Shown here one piece after another: positions 40,149-50,034 of a DNA stretch of 64,000 bases. A model generated the notes under the pieces. That model was not told the DNA's origin and made no database searches. It saw nothing but the letters and a program-made list of their open reading frames with translations. A program made the translations under genes and the position numbers. Origin of the DNA: an uncultured archaeon (GTDB lineage: Archaea; Asgardarchaeota; Lokiarchaeia; Sigyniarchaeales; SOKP01); contig CAZALK010000017.1 in the NCBI GenBank assembly GCA_964486045.1, positions 32,001 to 96,000 of the forward strand. The letters are read 5' to 3'. Positions within the stretch are counted from its first letter, which is position 1, and the number at the start of each line of letters is the position of its first letter.

Positions 40149-42557
40149 ATGGAAGATGAAATAGATTTTATAGAATATGAGGAAAGTATTGAATTATTAT
40201 TTCCTCCTGAATTTAGATATACGTTTTTAGTTGGCGCAGGAGTTTCTATGGACTTTCCAACGAATATTCCCTCTGCCAGAGAAGTAGTTAAATCTTTATT
40301 AGAAATTTGTGTTCCACCCGAAGAAGTTGAGTGCTTACTTTCACTTAATTTACTTAGATATGAGTTAGTAGTTGAGAAAATCCAAGTTGAAATTGATGAA
40401 GATTTAAGATTTTTAGATTACTTAGAGCTGGTTACCAACCCAAATATCATTCATTATTTTTTAGGTAATGCTATAACACGGGGAAATCATGTTGTCACGA
40501 CAAATTTTGATTATATGATTGAGCATGCTCTTATGCGGATCCTTGACAAGGAATCGCATAAAGATATTATTCCCGTAATAACTAAAGAAGACTTCATATT
40601 TTATCAAGATCCTACAATTTTCATGGAAGTGGGAAAGTATCTTTTATATAAAATTCATGGATCAAAGCAAAATATTATTACTGGTATTGAAACTAAGGAA
40701 TCTCTTATCACCACTATTAGTGCTTTAGGAAGGGAAAGAGAAGAGGGTAAAACATTTGCAATTGAGCCATATAAAAAAGATGCTGTGTATAAACTTATGA
40801 AACATAGGACTTTAGTAACTATGGGATATTCTGGAAGTGATGATTTTGATATTAGCCCTACATTAAAAGAACTTCCTTTTCTAAAAAGACTCATTTGGAT
40901 TGAACATACTCAAAGCAATAATTTAGAAATAATTCATATTAACCAAATTAAAAATCTTCAAGATAAAGAAAAGATTTCTGATTTAGAAAATAAACTATTA
41001 GAGATTAGCATAAAAGGGGAGTTTGAAGTAATATTAATTAGAACGGACACTAACCATTTTATCAAAACAAAACTCTGGGGAATTTTTTTACCTCATGTTC
41101 AAATTCAAGAAATGAATCTACTAGAGTCAGAACTAGAGGTCCCAAAATTCTCAAGTTGGATAAAAGAAATATATGGAAATATTGCTCAATTACAGAAATA
41201 TAAATTAGCAATTCAATTATATTATTTTCTAAAACAAACAGAAGCGTCAAAACGGTGTTCTGAAAAAGGATTAAAATTATCTGATGAAACTAACGATCTG
41301 AAAGCAAAATCTTATTTTCTTAATTTTTTAGGCCTTATTGATCAAATTACGGGGAAATATAACAGTGCAATTACCTATTATGAGGAAGGTTTAAGGATAG
41401 ATGAATTAACAAATGACATTCCTGGGACGGCTTCAGCTCTTGGTAATATTGGTGCAATCTACTTGATAAGAGGGAGATACGATTTAGCTTTAGAAAATTA
41501 TAAAAAAGCGTTAGATATCTCAGAAAAATCAGGGGACTTATATGGAATGGTAACCAACCTCAATAACATAGGAAGAATAAATGAAATTCATGGAGATTTA
41601 GAAATTGCTTTAAGTCGGTATAAGGAGGCCATGAAATTAACTGATAGAATAGGAGATCTTAATAGAAAAGCAGCACTCCTAAACAATATTGGAATGGTAC
41701 ATGGAACTCAGAATAGGTATGATTTAGCTCTTCAAAATTACGAGGTTGCAATAAAAATAGTTGATAATTTAGGAGATTTATATGGAAAGATTATTCTTTT
41801 AAATAATATCGGAAGAGTTTATGATGAATATAGTAATTATGAGAAAGCACTTGAAAAATATAAAGAAACAATAACAATTGCTGAGAAATTAGGAGATCTA
41901 TCGAAAAAAGCAGGTAGTCTTAATAATATAGGTTCAATTCATTTGGCTCAAGGAAATGACGATTTGGCTTTAGAAAAATACCAAGAAGCATTGAATATAG
42001 AAGAAAGGTTAGGAAATCCTTTAATGAAACTAATCTATCTAAATAACATTGGCATGGTTTATAATAATCGCAAGGAGTATAACTTAGCTTTAAAAACCTA
42101 CACGGATGCCTTAGAAATTGCTAAAATGATAGGGGACCTCTCAAAAAAAGGATTAATACTTACAAAAATTGGCGCAATCTATATGATTCAAGATAAAATT
42201 GCTGCTGCACTTGAAAGTTATGAAACATCACTTCTGATTTTTGGAGAAACTGGGGAATTATCTAATAAGGCAGCTAGTTTAAGTAATATAGGTAAAATTT
42301 ATGAAAAATTTGAAGAACATCATGAAGCAATAAAGGTTTATGAAGAAGCACTTCAAATTGACACTAAATTAGAAGATTTAATGGGTAAAGCAAGTGATTT
42401 ATACAACTTAGGGAGAGTATATGAAATACATGGAGAGTTGCGTAAAGCGTTAAGCCAATATGAAGAAAGTTTAAATATTTTTAGTCAATTAAATCAAGAC
42501 CAGTATGTAAATACTATACAACAGAACATTATTAACCTAAGAAAAAAAATAGGGTAA
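40149..42557 (+). CDS. SIR2-like domain protein with a C-terminal TPR array
   Basis: FLVGAGVS, VTTNFD, KIHGS, MGYSGSDDFDI; about 10-11 repeats of 40 aa (GDL.GKA..LNNIG..Y). Confidence 0.88.
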   Translation: MEDEIDFIEYEESIELLFPPEFRYTFLVGAGVSMDFPTNIPSAREVVKSLLEICVPPEEVECLLSLNLLRYELVVEKIQVEIDEDLRFLDYLELVTNPNIIHYFLGNAITRGNHVVTTNFDYMIEHALMRILDKESHKDIIPVITKEDFIFYQDPTIFMEVGKYLLYKIHGSKQNIITGIETKESLITTISALGREREEGKTFAIEPYKKDAVYKLMKHRTLVTMGYSGSDDFDISPTLKELPFLKRLIWIEHTQSNNLEIIHINQIKNLQDKEKISDLENKLLEISIKGEFEVILIRTDTNHFIKTKLWGIFLPHVQIQEMNLLESELEVPKFSSWIKEIYGNIAQLQKYKLAIQLYYFLKQTEASKRCSEKGLKLSDETNDLKAKSYFLNFLGLIDQITGKYNSAITYYEEGLRIDELTNDIPGTASALGNIGAIYLIRGRYDLALENYKKALDISEKSGDLYGMVTNLNNIGRINEIHGDLEIALSRYKEAMKLTDRIGDLNRKAALLNNIGMVHGTQNRYDLALQNYEVAIKIVDNLGDLYGKIILLNNIGRVYDEYSNYEKALEKYKETITIAEKLGDLSKKAGSLNNIGSIHLAQGNDDLALEKYQEALNIEERLGNPLMKLIYLNNIGMVYNNRKEYNLALKTYTDALEIAKMIGDLSKKGLILTKIGAIYMIQDKIAAALESYETSLLIFGETGELSNKAASLSNIGKIYEKFEEHHEAIKVYEEALQIDTKLEDLMGKASDLYNLGRVYEIHGELRKALSQYEESLNIFSQLNQDQYVNTIQQNIINLRKKIG

Positions 42558-42689
42558 AAAACCTAGAATAAATGCTTCTTTCCCCTTAAAGAATGAATTA
42601 TTTACTTAATAAAGTAATAAAATTTTAATTTCATTATCGGTATTTTATAATAACTTCTAATTAAAATCGAGAAAAAACAAAACCTTCTA

Positions 42690-44261
42690 TTGAAGTTTAA
42701 AACGGATTTCTTAATTATCGGAAGTGGAATTTCCGGACTCTCTCTGACACTTTACTTATCTAAATTAGTTCCAAATAATAAAATATTTTTAATCACTAAA
42801 GAAGATTTACAGGATAGTTCAACTTTCCATGCTCAAGGAGGTATCGCTTGTGTTTGGGATGATAATGACACATTTGAGAAACATATTAAGGATACTATAA
42901 TAGCTGGAGATGGCTTATGTGATGAAGATATAGTTAGGAAAATTATAACCCAGGCCCCAGACCGAATAAATGATTTAATTGAGTTAGGTTTGGAATTTAC
43001 AGCAAATGAAAATGGTGATTATAACCTTGGTAAGGAAGGAGGTCATACTGAAAGAAGAATTCTTCATGTAAATGACCAAACAGGGCAGTCAATTGAGCAA
43101 ACATTGATTGAGAATGTAAAAAAATTGAAGAATGTTGAAATTAAAGAATATTGGTGCGCCGTTAACTTATACGCAGAAAATTTCAAATGTTACGGAGCTT
43201 ATGTTCTGGATCAAGAAAATGATGAAATTCGTAATATTACGGCTAAAGCCACAATCTTAGCTACAGGAGGTGCTGGTAAAATTTACTTGTACACTACAAA
43301 TCCAGATATTGCTTCAGGAGACGGTATTGCTATGGCATACAGAGCAGGAGTTATAATTGCAAATATGGAATTTTATCAATTTCACCCCACATGTCTATAT
43401 CATCCTTACGCAAAATCATTCTTAATAACAGAAGCATTGCGTGGTGAGGGTGCTGTTCTAAAAAATTTAAATGGAAATGAATTCATGCAAAAATACCACC
43501 CTTCTAAAGAATTAGCTCCACGTGATATAGTATCAAGAGCAATAGATGTTGAGTTGAAGAAATCTGGAGACGATCATGTACTATTGGATATTGCTTCAAA
43601 AAAAGATCCTAACTTTATAAAAAGTCACTTTCCTGGGATATATGAAAATTGCTTAAAATTTAATATTGATATAACTAGAGAACCTATTCCTGTTGTACCA
43701 TCTGCACATTACAGTGTAGGAGGATGTTTAACTAAGATTGATGGTTCTACAAAAGTAAAAAATCTTTACGTCATTGGGGAATCAGCGTGCACTGGTTTAC
43801 ATGGAGCGAATCGATTAGCTAGTAATTCTTTATTAGAAGGTTTAGTTTGCAGTTATGAATGTGCTAAAACTTTAGGTAATAATATAAATGATATAAAACT
43901 TAATGAATTTAAAGAGTGGGAACCAGGGAATGCTGTACCCTCAACAGAGGCCGTAATTATTTCTCAAAACTGGGATGAAATTAGAAGATTTATGTGGAAT
44001 TTTGTTGGAATCGTCAGAACCGATTTGCGTCTTCAAAGAGCTAAAAAAAGGATTAATTTATTGCTTGATGAAATAAACCAGTATTATTGGGACTTCAAAA
44101 TTGAAAAGAATCTTGTAGAATTGAGAAATTTGGCTACAGTTGCAAAATTAATCATCGTTAGTGCAATTTCTAGAAAAGAAAGTCGAGGGATTCATTACAA
44201 CTTAGATTATCCTGAAAAATCCGAAATGAGTAGACTAACCACTCTCAGAAGACCTTGGTAA
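42690..44261 (+). CDS. nadB: L-aspartate oxidase
   Basis: IIGSGISGL, AQGGIA, EGGHTERRILH, EFYQFHPT, TEALRGEG, ELAPRDIV, HGANRLASNSLLE, ESRGIH. Confidence 0.95.
   Translation: MKFKTDFLIIGSGISGLSLTLYLSKLVPNNKIFLITKEDLQDSSTFHAQGGIACVWDDNDTFEKHIKDTIIAGDGLCDEDIVRKIITQAPDRINDLIELGLEFTANENGDYNLGKEGGHTERRILHVNDQTGQSIEQTLIENVKKLKNVEIKEYWCAVNLYAENFKCYGAYVLDQENDEIRNITAKATILATGGAGKIYLYTTNPDIASGDGIAMAYRAGVIIANMEFYQFHPTCLYHPYAKSFLITEALRGEGAVLKNLNGNEFMQKYHPSKELAPRDIVSRAIDVELKKSGDDHVLLDIASKKDPNFIKSHFPGIYENCLKFNIDITREPIPVVPSAHYSVGGCLTKIDGSTKVKNLYVIGESACTGLHGANRLASNSLLEGLVCSYECAKTLGNNINDIKLNEFKEWEPGNAVPSTEAVIISQNWDEIRRFMWNFVGIVRTDLRLQRAKKRINLLLDEINQYYWDFKIEKNLVELRNLATVAKLIIVSAISRKESRGIHYNLDYPEKSEMSRLTTLRRPW
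44199..44261 (+). repeat. Left copy of a 63-bp imperfect direct repeat (functional nadB 3' end)
   Basis: 52/63 nt identical to 47036-47098 by manual alignment. Confidence 0.9.
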
Positions 44262-44440
44262 TTATATTTTTTTCGAATGCAATTTTCACAGAATAATTGG
44301 TAATTTCTTGCTATATTACTACTCCCTATACTGAAGAGAATGATTTGGTCAAAATCCAATTATCCTTGACTTTTAAAATGAATAAATCTTTCCAAATCTC
44401 TTCTCCATACTTCTCTTCTTGTTTCTGTTAATATGTATCG
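44262..44440 (-). pseudogene. Degraded HNH endonuclease remnant
   Basis: RYILTETRREVWRRDLERFIHFKSQG*LDFDQIILFSIGSSNIARNYQLFCENCIRKK follows the HNH pattern (R..V..RD...C..C....L..DHIIP.S.GG.N...N.Q.LC..CN.KK), with a stop at 44360-44362 and lost Cys/His/Asn. Confidence 0.75.
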
Positions 44441-44572
44441 AATTCCCGTATATGACGATATTAGTGTGTAAAAAGCGCTGAAAGTTTGATTTTATTTTAA
44501 AATAGATTTATAAAATACTATTATTATCATTGGAATATAATAATTTCCAAAGTTTTAATTCAAATTTTCTGG

Positions 44573-46915
44573 GTGGAATCTTACATGAAAAACGTCAAAA
44601 TAAAAAAAACCTTTATGTTTCTCTTTTTAGTATCACCAATTTTATTATATTTTATTAGCTCATCTGTTGCGGAATCTAACAATCTATCTAATTTACCTGT
44701 TGATTTTACGACGTGGGATGAGGGAATGGATGCTCCAGGGCATGATGATCCCACAATATGGGTTAATAGTCATTATATGCAAAATTTTACACCGTTAGCA
44801 TATCAGACGATTAAGAGTAAAATTGAAGGGGATATATTATATACTCATTATTCTTTTGGCAATAAATTTATTGGACCAATTGCTACGTTCAATATTTCTG
44901 AAATTACATCTGGAAATTTAATGGGTGAACCAAAAATTACAAGTATTTGGAAAGTCATTGAAGGAATGATAGGAACTGGAGTTTCGGATTTTGATGTTTT
45001 GAACGGACATCTTGTTGCACCATATTTTAAAAGTCCCGACTGGAATATTGAATTTTTTGAAAAACAAGGAGCTCAACTCATTTCTGTAGCAAATTTAACA
45101 AAGGGTGGTCCCACAAACCCCAGTGGTCCTTGGGCAGATGCAACTTGGGCTCCAGAAACAATTTTAATTAATGGAGATGCAGTATACACAATCGATTTAT
45201 TGGAATGGAAATTTTATACAATAAATGCATCAAATTGGGATAATCCAACCTTCCATTCAAATTTTACAATGACCGGAAATCTCGAGATAAGTCTAGAAAT
45301 GCAAAAGTATTATTACAGATATTTTCAGAAATCAGGTAATTTAGGAATATTATTTAATGGTTTAGATAAAATCAAACTTTTTGATTTTACAGACATGTGG
45401 AATGTTAGTGAAATAACGCCCTCTTTTAATATATCTTCTCAAGTTTTTGATGCAGTTCTAAAGGATGATAGATTATATATCGCAGCGGGTCAAGATGGAG
45501 TGTTTACTTATAATATTAGTGATCCTACTAATATTACCTTGTTAAATCATTATAATAAAGATAATTCCGTTACAATAGATATATCTTCTGTTAGTGCCTA
45601 TAATGACACTTCAATATTTATTGGAGATTTAAGCGGTAAAGTTTCTTTAATTGATATTCCTGATTTAGGTTTAGTGAAAGAAATCTCTGAATTAAATGGT
45701 TATTCGTCCATCTCTTTAACACAAGATAAATTAAACGATCTATTATTTGTTGGAACTGATGGATATGGTGAATTTATCTATAATATATCTAATGTACACA
45801 ATCTAGCGTATATTACACGAACAATGGAAACTGACGAAGGTATAGCAGATAGTAAGGAATTTCAAGAGTTTACTGCAGATTGGGCTATGTGGGGAGGAAG
45901 TGATCCTACTCGAACCAATGTTCCATTTTTAGATTTCATCATTCACTTTAATTCACTTGATACTGAAAATAGTACTCGTAATTTTAGAGCTAACATAAAA
46001 CCTGTTTATTTCTTACTATATAATGACACAAACTTTGATAATAGATTAACTATAAATGTAACACAGGATAAAAATATTCCTTCCTTAGTTCGTGAAACAA
46101 CTTTAGTTGATGAGATATTTGCAATTCCCAATGGAAAATGTGGAAATTTCAATTATACAGACCCATTATTACTGAATGTCAACGGGATTCCAACAATGTA
46201 CTCTTCATTCACCATATATAATTATACTCTTAGTGCATTACAACAAGACTCATGGAATACTGTTGATGAAATAATAATGCCCAAACCAATAAATTGGGTA
46301 AATAATATTTCAAAAAATATAACTTTTGATTTAGCATTTGGAATGTGGTTAAGTTATTCCGAAGGCAATTACTTACTAAAAATTGATTATAATTTTACTA
46401 ATTGGGACACATCATCATTTAGTTCCTTGCCGTCTCGATTGAAATTGTTTTCAGGAATGAGTTCTGCAATGCAAATTAGTATGATGGAGGGTGCCTATCC
46501 TCCAATATATTCTAAAGTAACAAATGATTCAGCATCCCAAGAATTTGAATGGGGAGGTAGTTTAGTATTGGTTTCAGAAATGGCAGAAGAATATGAAAAA
46601 ATCAATGCAACTGGAAAACAAATTCTACAAGCTGATAGAACGGCAATCCCTGCATATTTTGAACCAGGATCTCAAAAAATTATGGGAGATTCTCAACATA
46701 TTTATAAGTGGGTATTAGGAGCAAGTTTTGATATTGATAATTCAACCACGAGTATTATTTATGATCCAGAGACGACATTTATTACAAAAATCTCTCATCA
46801 TGTTAATAATACTGATAATTTAGAAATTCCTGGATACAATATATTATTACTTTTAGGGATGGTATCAACTATTACTGTAATAATCATCAAAAAAAGGTTA
46901 AATAGTTTACATTAA
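44573..46915 (+). CDS. Secreted LVIVD-repeat (beta-propeller) surface protein with a Loki-CTERM anchor (start may be ATG 44585)
   Basis: Signal peptide; LYIAAGQDGVFTYNISDPTN-type repeats; C-terminal IPGYN + TM + KKR. Confidence 0.75.
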   Translation: MESYMKNVKIKKTFMFLFLVSPILLYFISSSVAESNNLSNLPVDFTTWDEGMDAPGHDDPTIWVNSHYMQNFTPLAYQTIKSKIEGDILYTHYSFGNKFIGPIATFNISEITSGNLMGEPKITSIWKVIEGMIGTGVSDFDVLNGHLVAPYFKSPDWNIEFFEKQGAQLISVANLTKGGPTNPSGPWADATWAPETILINGDAVYTIDLLEWKFYTINASNWDNPTFHSNFTMTGNLEISLEMQKYYYRYFQKSGNLGILFNGLDKIKLFDFTDMWNVSEITPSFNISSQVFDAVLKDDRLYIAAGQDGVFTYNISDPTNITLLNHYNKDNSVTIDISSVSAYNDTSIFIGDLSGKVSLIDIPDLGLVKEISELNGYSSISLTQDKLNDLLFVGTDGYGEFIYNISNVHNLAYITRTMETDEGIADSKEFQEFTADWAMWGGSDPTRTNVPFLDFIIHFNSLDTENSTRNFRANIKPVYFLLYNDTNFDNRLTINVTQDKNIPSLVRETTLVDEIFAIPNGKCGNFNYTDPLLLNVNGIPTMYSSFTIYNYTLSALQQDSWNTVDEIIMPKPINWVNNISKNITFDLAFGMWLSYSEGNYLLKIDYNFTNWDTSSFSSLPSRLKLFSGMSSAMQISMMEGAYPPIYSKVTNDSASQEFEWGGSLVLVSEMAEEYEKINATGKQILQADRTAIPAYFEPGSQKIMGDSQHIYKWVLGASFDIDNSTTSIIYDPETTFITKISHHVNNTDNLEIPGYNILLLLGMVSTITVIIIKKRLNSLH

Positions 46916-47035
46916 AACATTTTTGCTATATCCCTTCACTTTTGAATAGTATCCACACGAAAATTACAGTGAGTTTTTTCATCTTATCAATCGTTAAAAA
47001 TCCAACCACATATATTTTTGGCTAATGTACTTTTT

Positions 47036-47098
47036 AATTTAGATTATCCTAATAAATCTGATATGAGCAGACTAACTACTACCAGAAGACCCCGGTAA
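47036..47098 (+). repeat. Right copy of the direct repeat: orphan nadB 3' end (NLDYPNKSDMSRLTTTRRPR*)
   Basis: Aligns without gaps to the nadB end NLDYPEKSEMSRLTTLRRPW*. Confidence 0.9.
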
Positions 47099-47262
47099 AT
47101 ATTACTGTAAAAGTTCACAGGTAGCAAAAAACCTTTCAAAAAGGAAAAAAATTGTCCAATTTTCTAGTTCAAATCTTTTTCTTAATTTTATGAAAAAAAA
47201 TTATAGATTAGAATAAATTTTTATGTGATAATGAACAGTCTAATCTTAAATTAAATGCCAGA

Positions 47263-48075
47263 TTGAATTTTACCTTGAGTATTGGAAAAAGCATTAGAAT
47301 TGAACGTTTTTTTGATCGGAAAACCAAAAGAACAATCATGATACCTATGGATCATGGTTTAACGGTTGGAACAATTAAAGGTTTAGAAGATATCGCCGAT
47401 ATGGTAGATAAAGTTGCCTTAGGAGGTGCTAATGCAGTATTAATGCATTCTGGTATGGTAGGTACGGGTCATAGACAATATGGGAAGGATATCGGGTTAA
47501 TTATACATTTATCTGCCGCTACTGATTTAGCACCAGATCCGAATCGAAAAGTATTAGTTTGTTCTGTCGAAAGAGCTTTAAAATTAGGGGCAGATGGTGT
47601 TTCAATTCATATCAATATTGGTGCTGATGAAGAACCTGAGATGCTTCAAGATGCAAGTATGGTTGTAGAGGCATCTAGGAAATGGGGTGTTCCGTTAATA
47701 GCAATGATGTACCCCAGGGGTAAAAAGATCAAAGATGAAAACGATCCTGAAGTAGTCAATATTGCTGCCAGGGCTGGTGCAGAACTTGGAGCGGATATAG
47801 TTAAGACAAACTACACAGGAGATATTGATTCATTTAAAGAAATTATAAAAGGTGTATATATTCCAGTCATAATCGCAGGAGGGCCAAAAATGAATACTAT
47901 TCCGGAAGTATTAGAGATGGTTTATGATTCTATCCAAGCTGGTGGTTCTGGTGTCGCTTTCGGAAGGAATGTTTTTCAATCTGATGATCCAACCAAAACT
48001 GTTATTGCCATTTCTAAAATAGTACATAAAAACTATACTGTTGAAGAAGTATTAAAAGAACACGAGTTTAATTAA
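47263..48075 (+). CDS. DhnA-type class I aldolase, probably 2-amino-3,7-dideoxy-D-threo-hept-6-ulosonate synthase (MJ0400/AroA'-like)
   Basis: [49 protein letters not shown]. Confidence 0.85.
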   Translation: MNFTLSIGKSIRIERFFDRKTKRTIMIPMDHGLTVGTIKGLEDIADMVDKVALGGANAVLMHSGMVGTGHRQYGKDIGLIIHLSAATDLAPDPNRKVLVCSVERALKLGADGVSIHINIGADEEPEMLQDASMVVEASRKWGVPLIAMMYPRGKKIKDENDPEVVNIAARAGAELGADIVKTNYTGDIDSFKEIIKGVYIPVIIAGGPKMNTIPEVLEMVYDSIQAGGSGVAFGRNVFQSDDPTKTVIAISKIVHKNYTVEEVLKEHEFN

Positions 48076-48097
48076 AAATAAATGAAATTTAAATAAC

Positions 48098-49348
48098 ATG
48101 AATTTCAAAAAAATTTATCCACTTTTTCTAAACCTTATAGAAAATCAGAATGAGAAATCTCCGAAAAAAAAGAAAGAGTTCAGAACAATAATCTCTTTTA
48201 AAAACATATCACAAAGGAATAAATTCATTTCAAAAAACAAAACTCTTAAGATTCTAAATAAATTTGATTTTATCCCTGCTTTTTCTGCATATTTAAAAAA
48301 GGAACAAATCCTAAAGTTCGATAAAGAGGATTCAATAAAACAAATCGAAGGAGATCAAAGACTTTTCTTATCTCTATTAGAAGTAAATGAAATTTTAGAG
48401 TTAGATAAATATAAAAAATCTCAAATCTCATATACAGGTAAAAATGTTAAAGTCGGTATTATCGATAATGGAATTAATAACAATTTTCAATCAATTTCTA
48501 ATGTGTCAAGACTCCAGATTAGTAATGGTGTTAGTATTAATAACGAAATCACTCACGGAACATTAATGGCAGGTATAATAGCAAATCAATTTAAAAATAT
48601 TGAAAACAATTTTATTGGGATTGCTCCAGATGTAACATTTATAGATTTTGATATATCTAGCTCTACAAAAGATTATTATATTTCTCAAATTTTAGAGGTT
48701 TTTGATTCGATTACTAATGAAAATATCCATATTGACGTTCTTTTAATATCCTTAACTACTTCGGATCCATCTGATGGTAATGATATCCTATCATTAGCGT
48801 GTAATACGTTAGTTGATCACGGAATTACGATTGTGAGCCCAGTTGGTAATTATGGTCCAGAACCTTGCACTATCGGGAGTCCAAGTGCAGCTAGTAAAGT
48901 TATCTCTTTTGGTGCTGTTACCAAAGATTTTTTGATAAATCAGTTTAGCGGAAAAGGTCCCACAATCGATGATCGATTGAAACCAGATTTTAGTTTACCT
49001 GGTTCTGATGTTAAAATTCCTTTATCAGATGATTTAGCGGTAGTAGTTACGGGTACTAGCGTCGCTGCTGCAATTGGGACAGGTTTAATAGCAATAATTA
49101 AAGAATTTAATACTGATTATACCTATAATGCGTTATTTGAAATCTTAAAAAACTCCTGTAGAGATCTAAACTTGGATAAGTTTTCCCAAGGATACGGTAT
49201 GCCAAACATAGTAGAAATCTTTAAGAAGATGAATCTTTTTCATGAAAAGATACTACCTTATAATTTTTTAGTTAAAAAATCAGTAAAGATTGCAATAGAA
49301 TTTACAGTCATATTCATTGTTATATATTTACTTTTCTTACTTTTTTAG
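48098..49348 (+). CDS. Subtilisin-like S8 peptidase with a prodomain and C-terminal TM helix
   Basis: IIDNG (Asp), HGTLMAG (His), GTSVAA (Ser), KPDFSLPG, QGYG. Confidence 0.85.
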   Translation: MNFKKIYPLFLNLIENQNEKSPKKKKEFRTIISFKNISQRNKFISKNKTLKILNKFDFIPAFSAYLKKEQILKFDKEDSIKQIEGDQRLFLSLLEVNEILELDKYKKSQISYTGKNVKVGIIDNGINNNFQSISNVSRLQISNGVSINNEITHGTLMAGIIANQFKNIENNFIGIAPDVTFIDFDISSSTKDYYISQILEVFDSITNENIHIDVLLISLTTSDPSDGNDILSLACNTLVDHGITIVSPVGNYGPEPCTIGSPSAASKVISFGAVTKDFLINQFSGKGPTIDDRLKPDFSLPGSDVKIPLSDDLAVVVTGTSVAAAIGTGLIAIIKEFNTDYTYNALFEILKNSCRDLNLDKFSQGYGMPNIVEIFKKMNLFHEKILPYNFLVKKSVKIAIEFTVIFIVIYLLFLLF

Positions 49349-49430
49349 AATTTTACAAATTAATTTTACGAATGTCCCATGAAACTAAATAAACAAACTC
49401 ATATAAGAATAGATCATAGAGGGAATTGAT

Positions 49431-49946
49431 ATTTTCTTAATATTCCATGTAGCTTTACCTTTAATTTTTTCTGAGATACCTTCAATTAAGAAAACCCTTA
49501 GAAGCAAAATCTTAATTATCATTGGTGCATTGTTACCAGACTTAATTGATAAACCATTATTCCTTCTTGGATTAGGTACGGGAAGACTCCTTTCTCATAA
49601 TTTATTTTTCCTACTCATTTCTTTTTTGATTCTTTTTATATCTTCGAAAAAGAACCTTGAGATTTCAATTTCATTGTTAATCGGGATGGTTTTTCATTTA
49701 ATTTTAGATTTACCAGAGGTCCCCTTATTTTATCCTTTCGTTTCTTACAATTTTGGGATTACAGAAGAACCCCTATTCTATTGGATTAATAAATACTTTA
49801 CCGATCCAGTTGTCCTTTTAACTGAAATTACGGGGATAGGAATTTTAATATACATCTTCGTAACAAACAAGTTATATCATCGATCAAAATTTAAAGAATA
49901 CTTAAAAGGTAACTTTAAACCCACCACCATAATTATAAAAGAATGA
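49431..49946 (+). CDS. Membrane metal-dependent hydrolase (YdjM-like); probable start upstream of the tracked TTG 49530
   Basis: GALLPDLIDKP, GRLLSHN, FHLILD; frame open back to 49413 and includes FLIFH. Confidence 0.7.
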   Translation: MFLIFHVALPLIFSEIPSIKKTLRSKILIIIGALLPDLIDKPLFLLGLGTGRLLSHNLFFLLISFLILFISSKKNLEISISLLIGMVFHLILDLPEVPLFYPFVSYNFGITEEPLFYWINKYFTDPVVLLTEITGIGILIYIFVTNKLYHRSKFKEYLKGNFKPTTIIIKE

Positions 49947-50034
49947 TTTTTTTGTTTATAAAGCCTAAAATTGTCAATTTAATAAATTTGATGAGATATA
50001 TTTTAAAAATAGGTAATTATTTTTCAATTGAATA

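Noticed and set aside
41300-42500. Periodic 120-nt repeats
   Set aside because: Coding TPR repeats, not CRISPR: no identical repeats with unique spacers and no cas genes.
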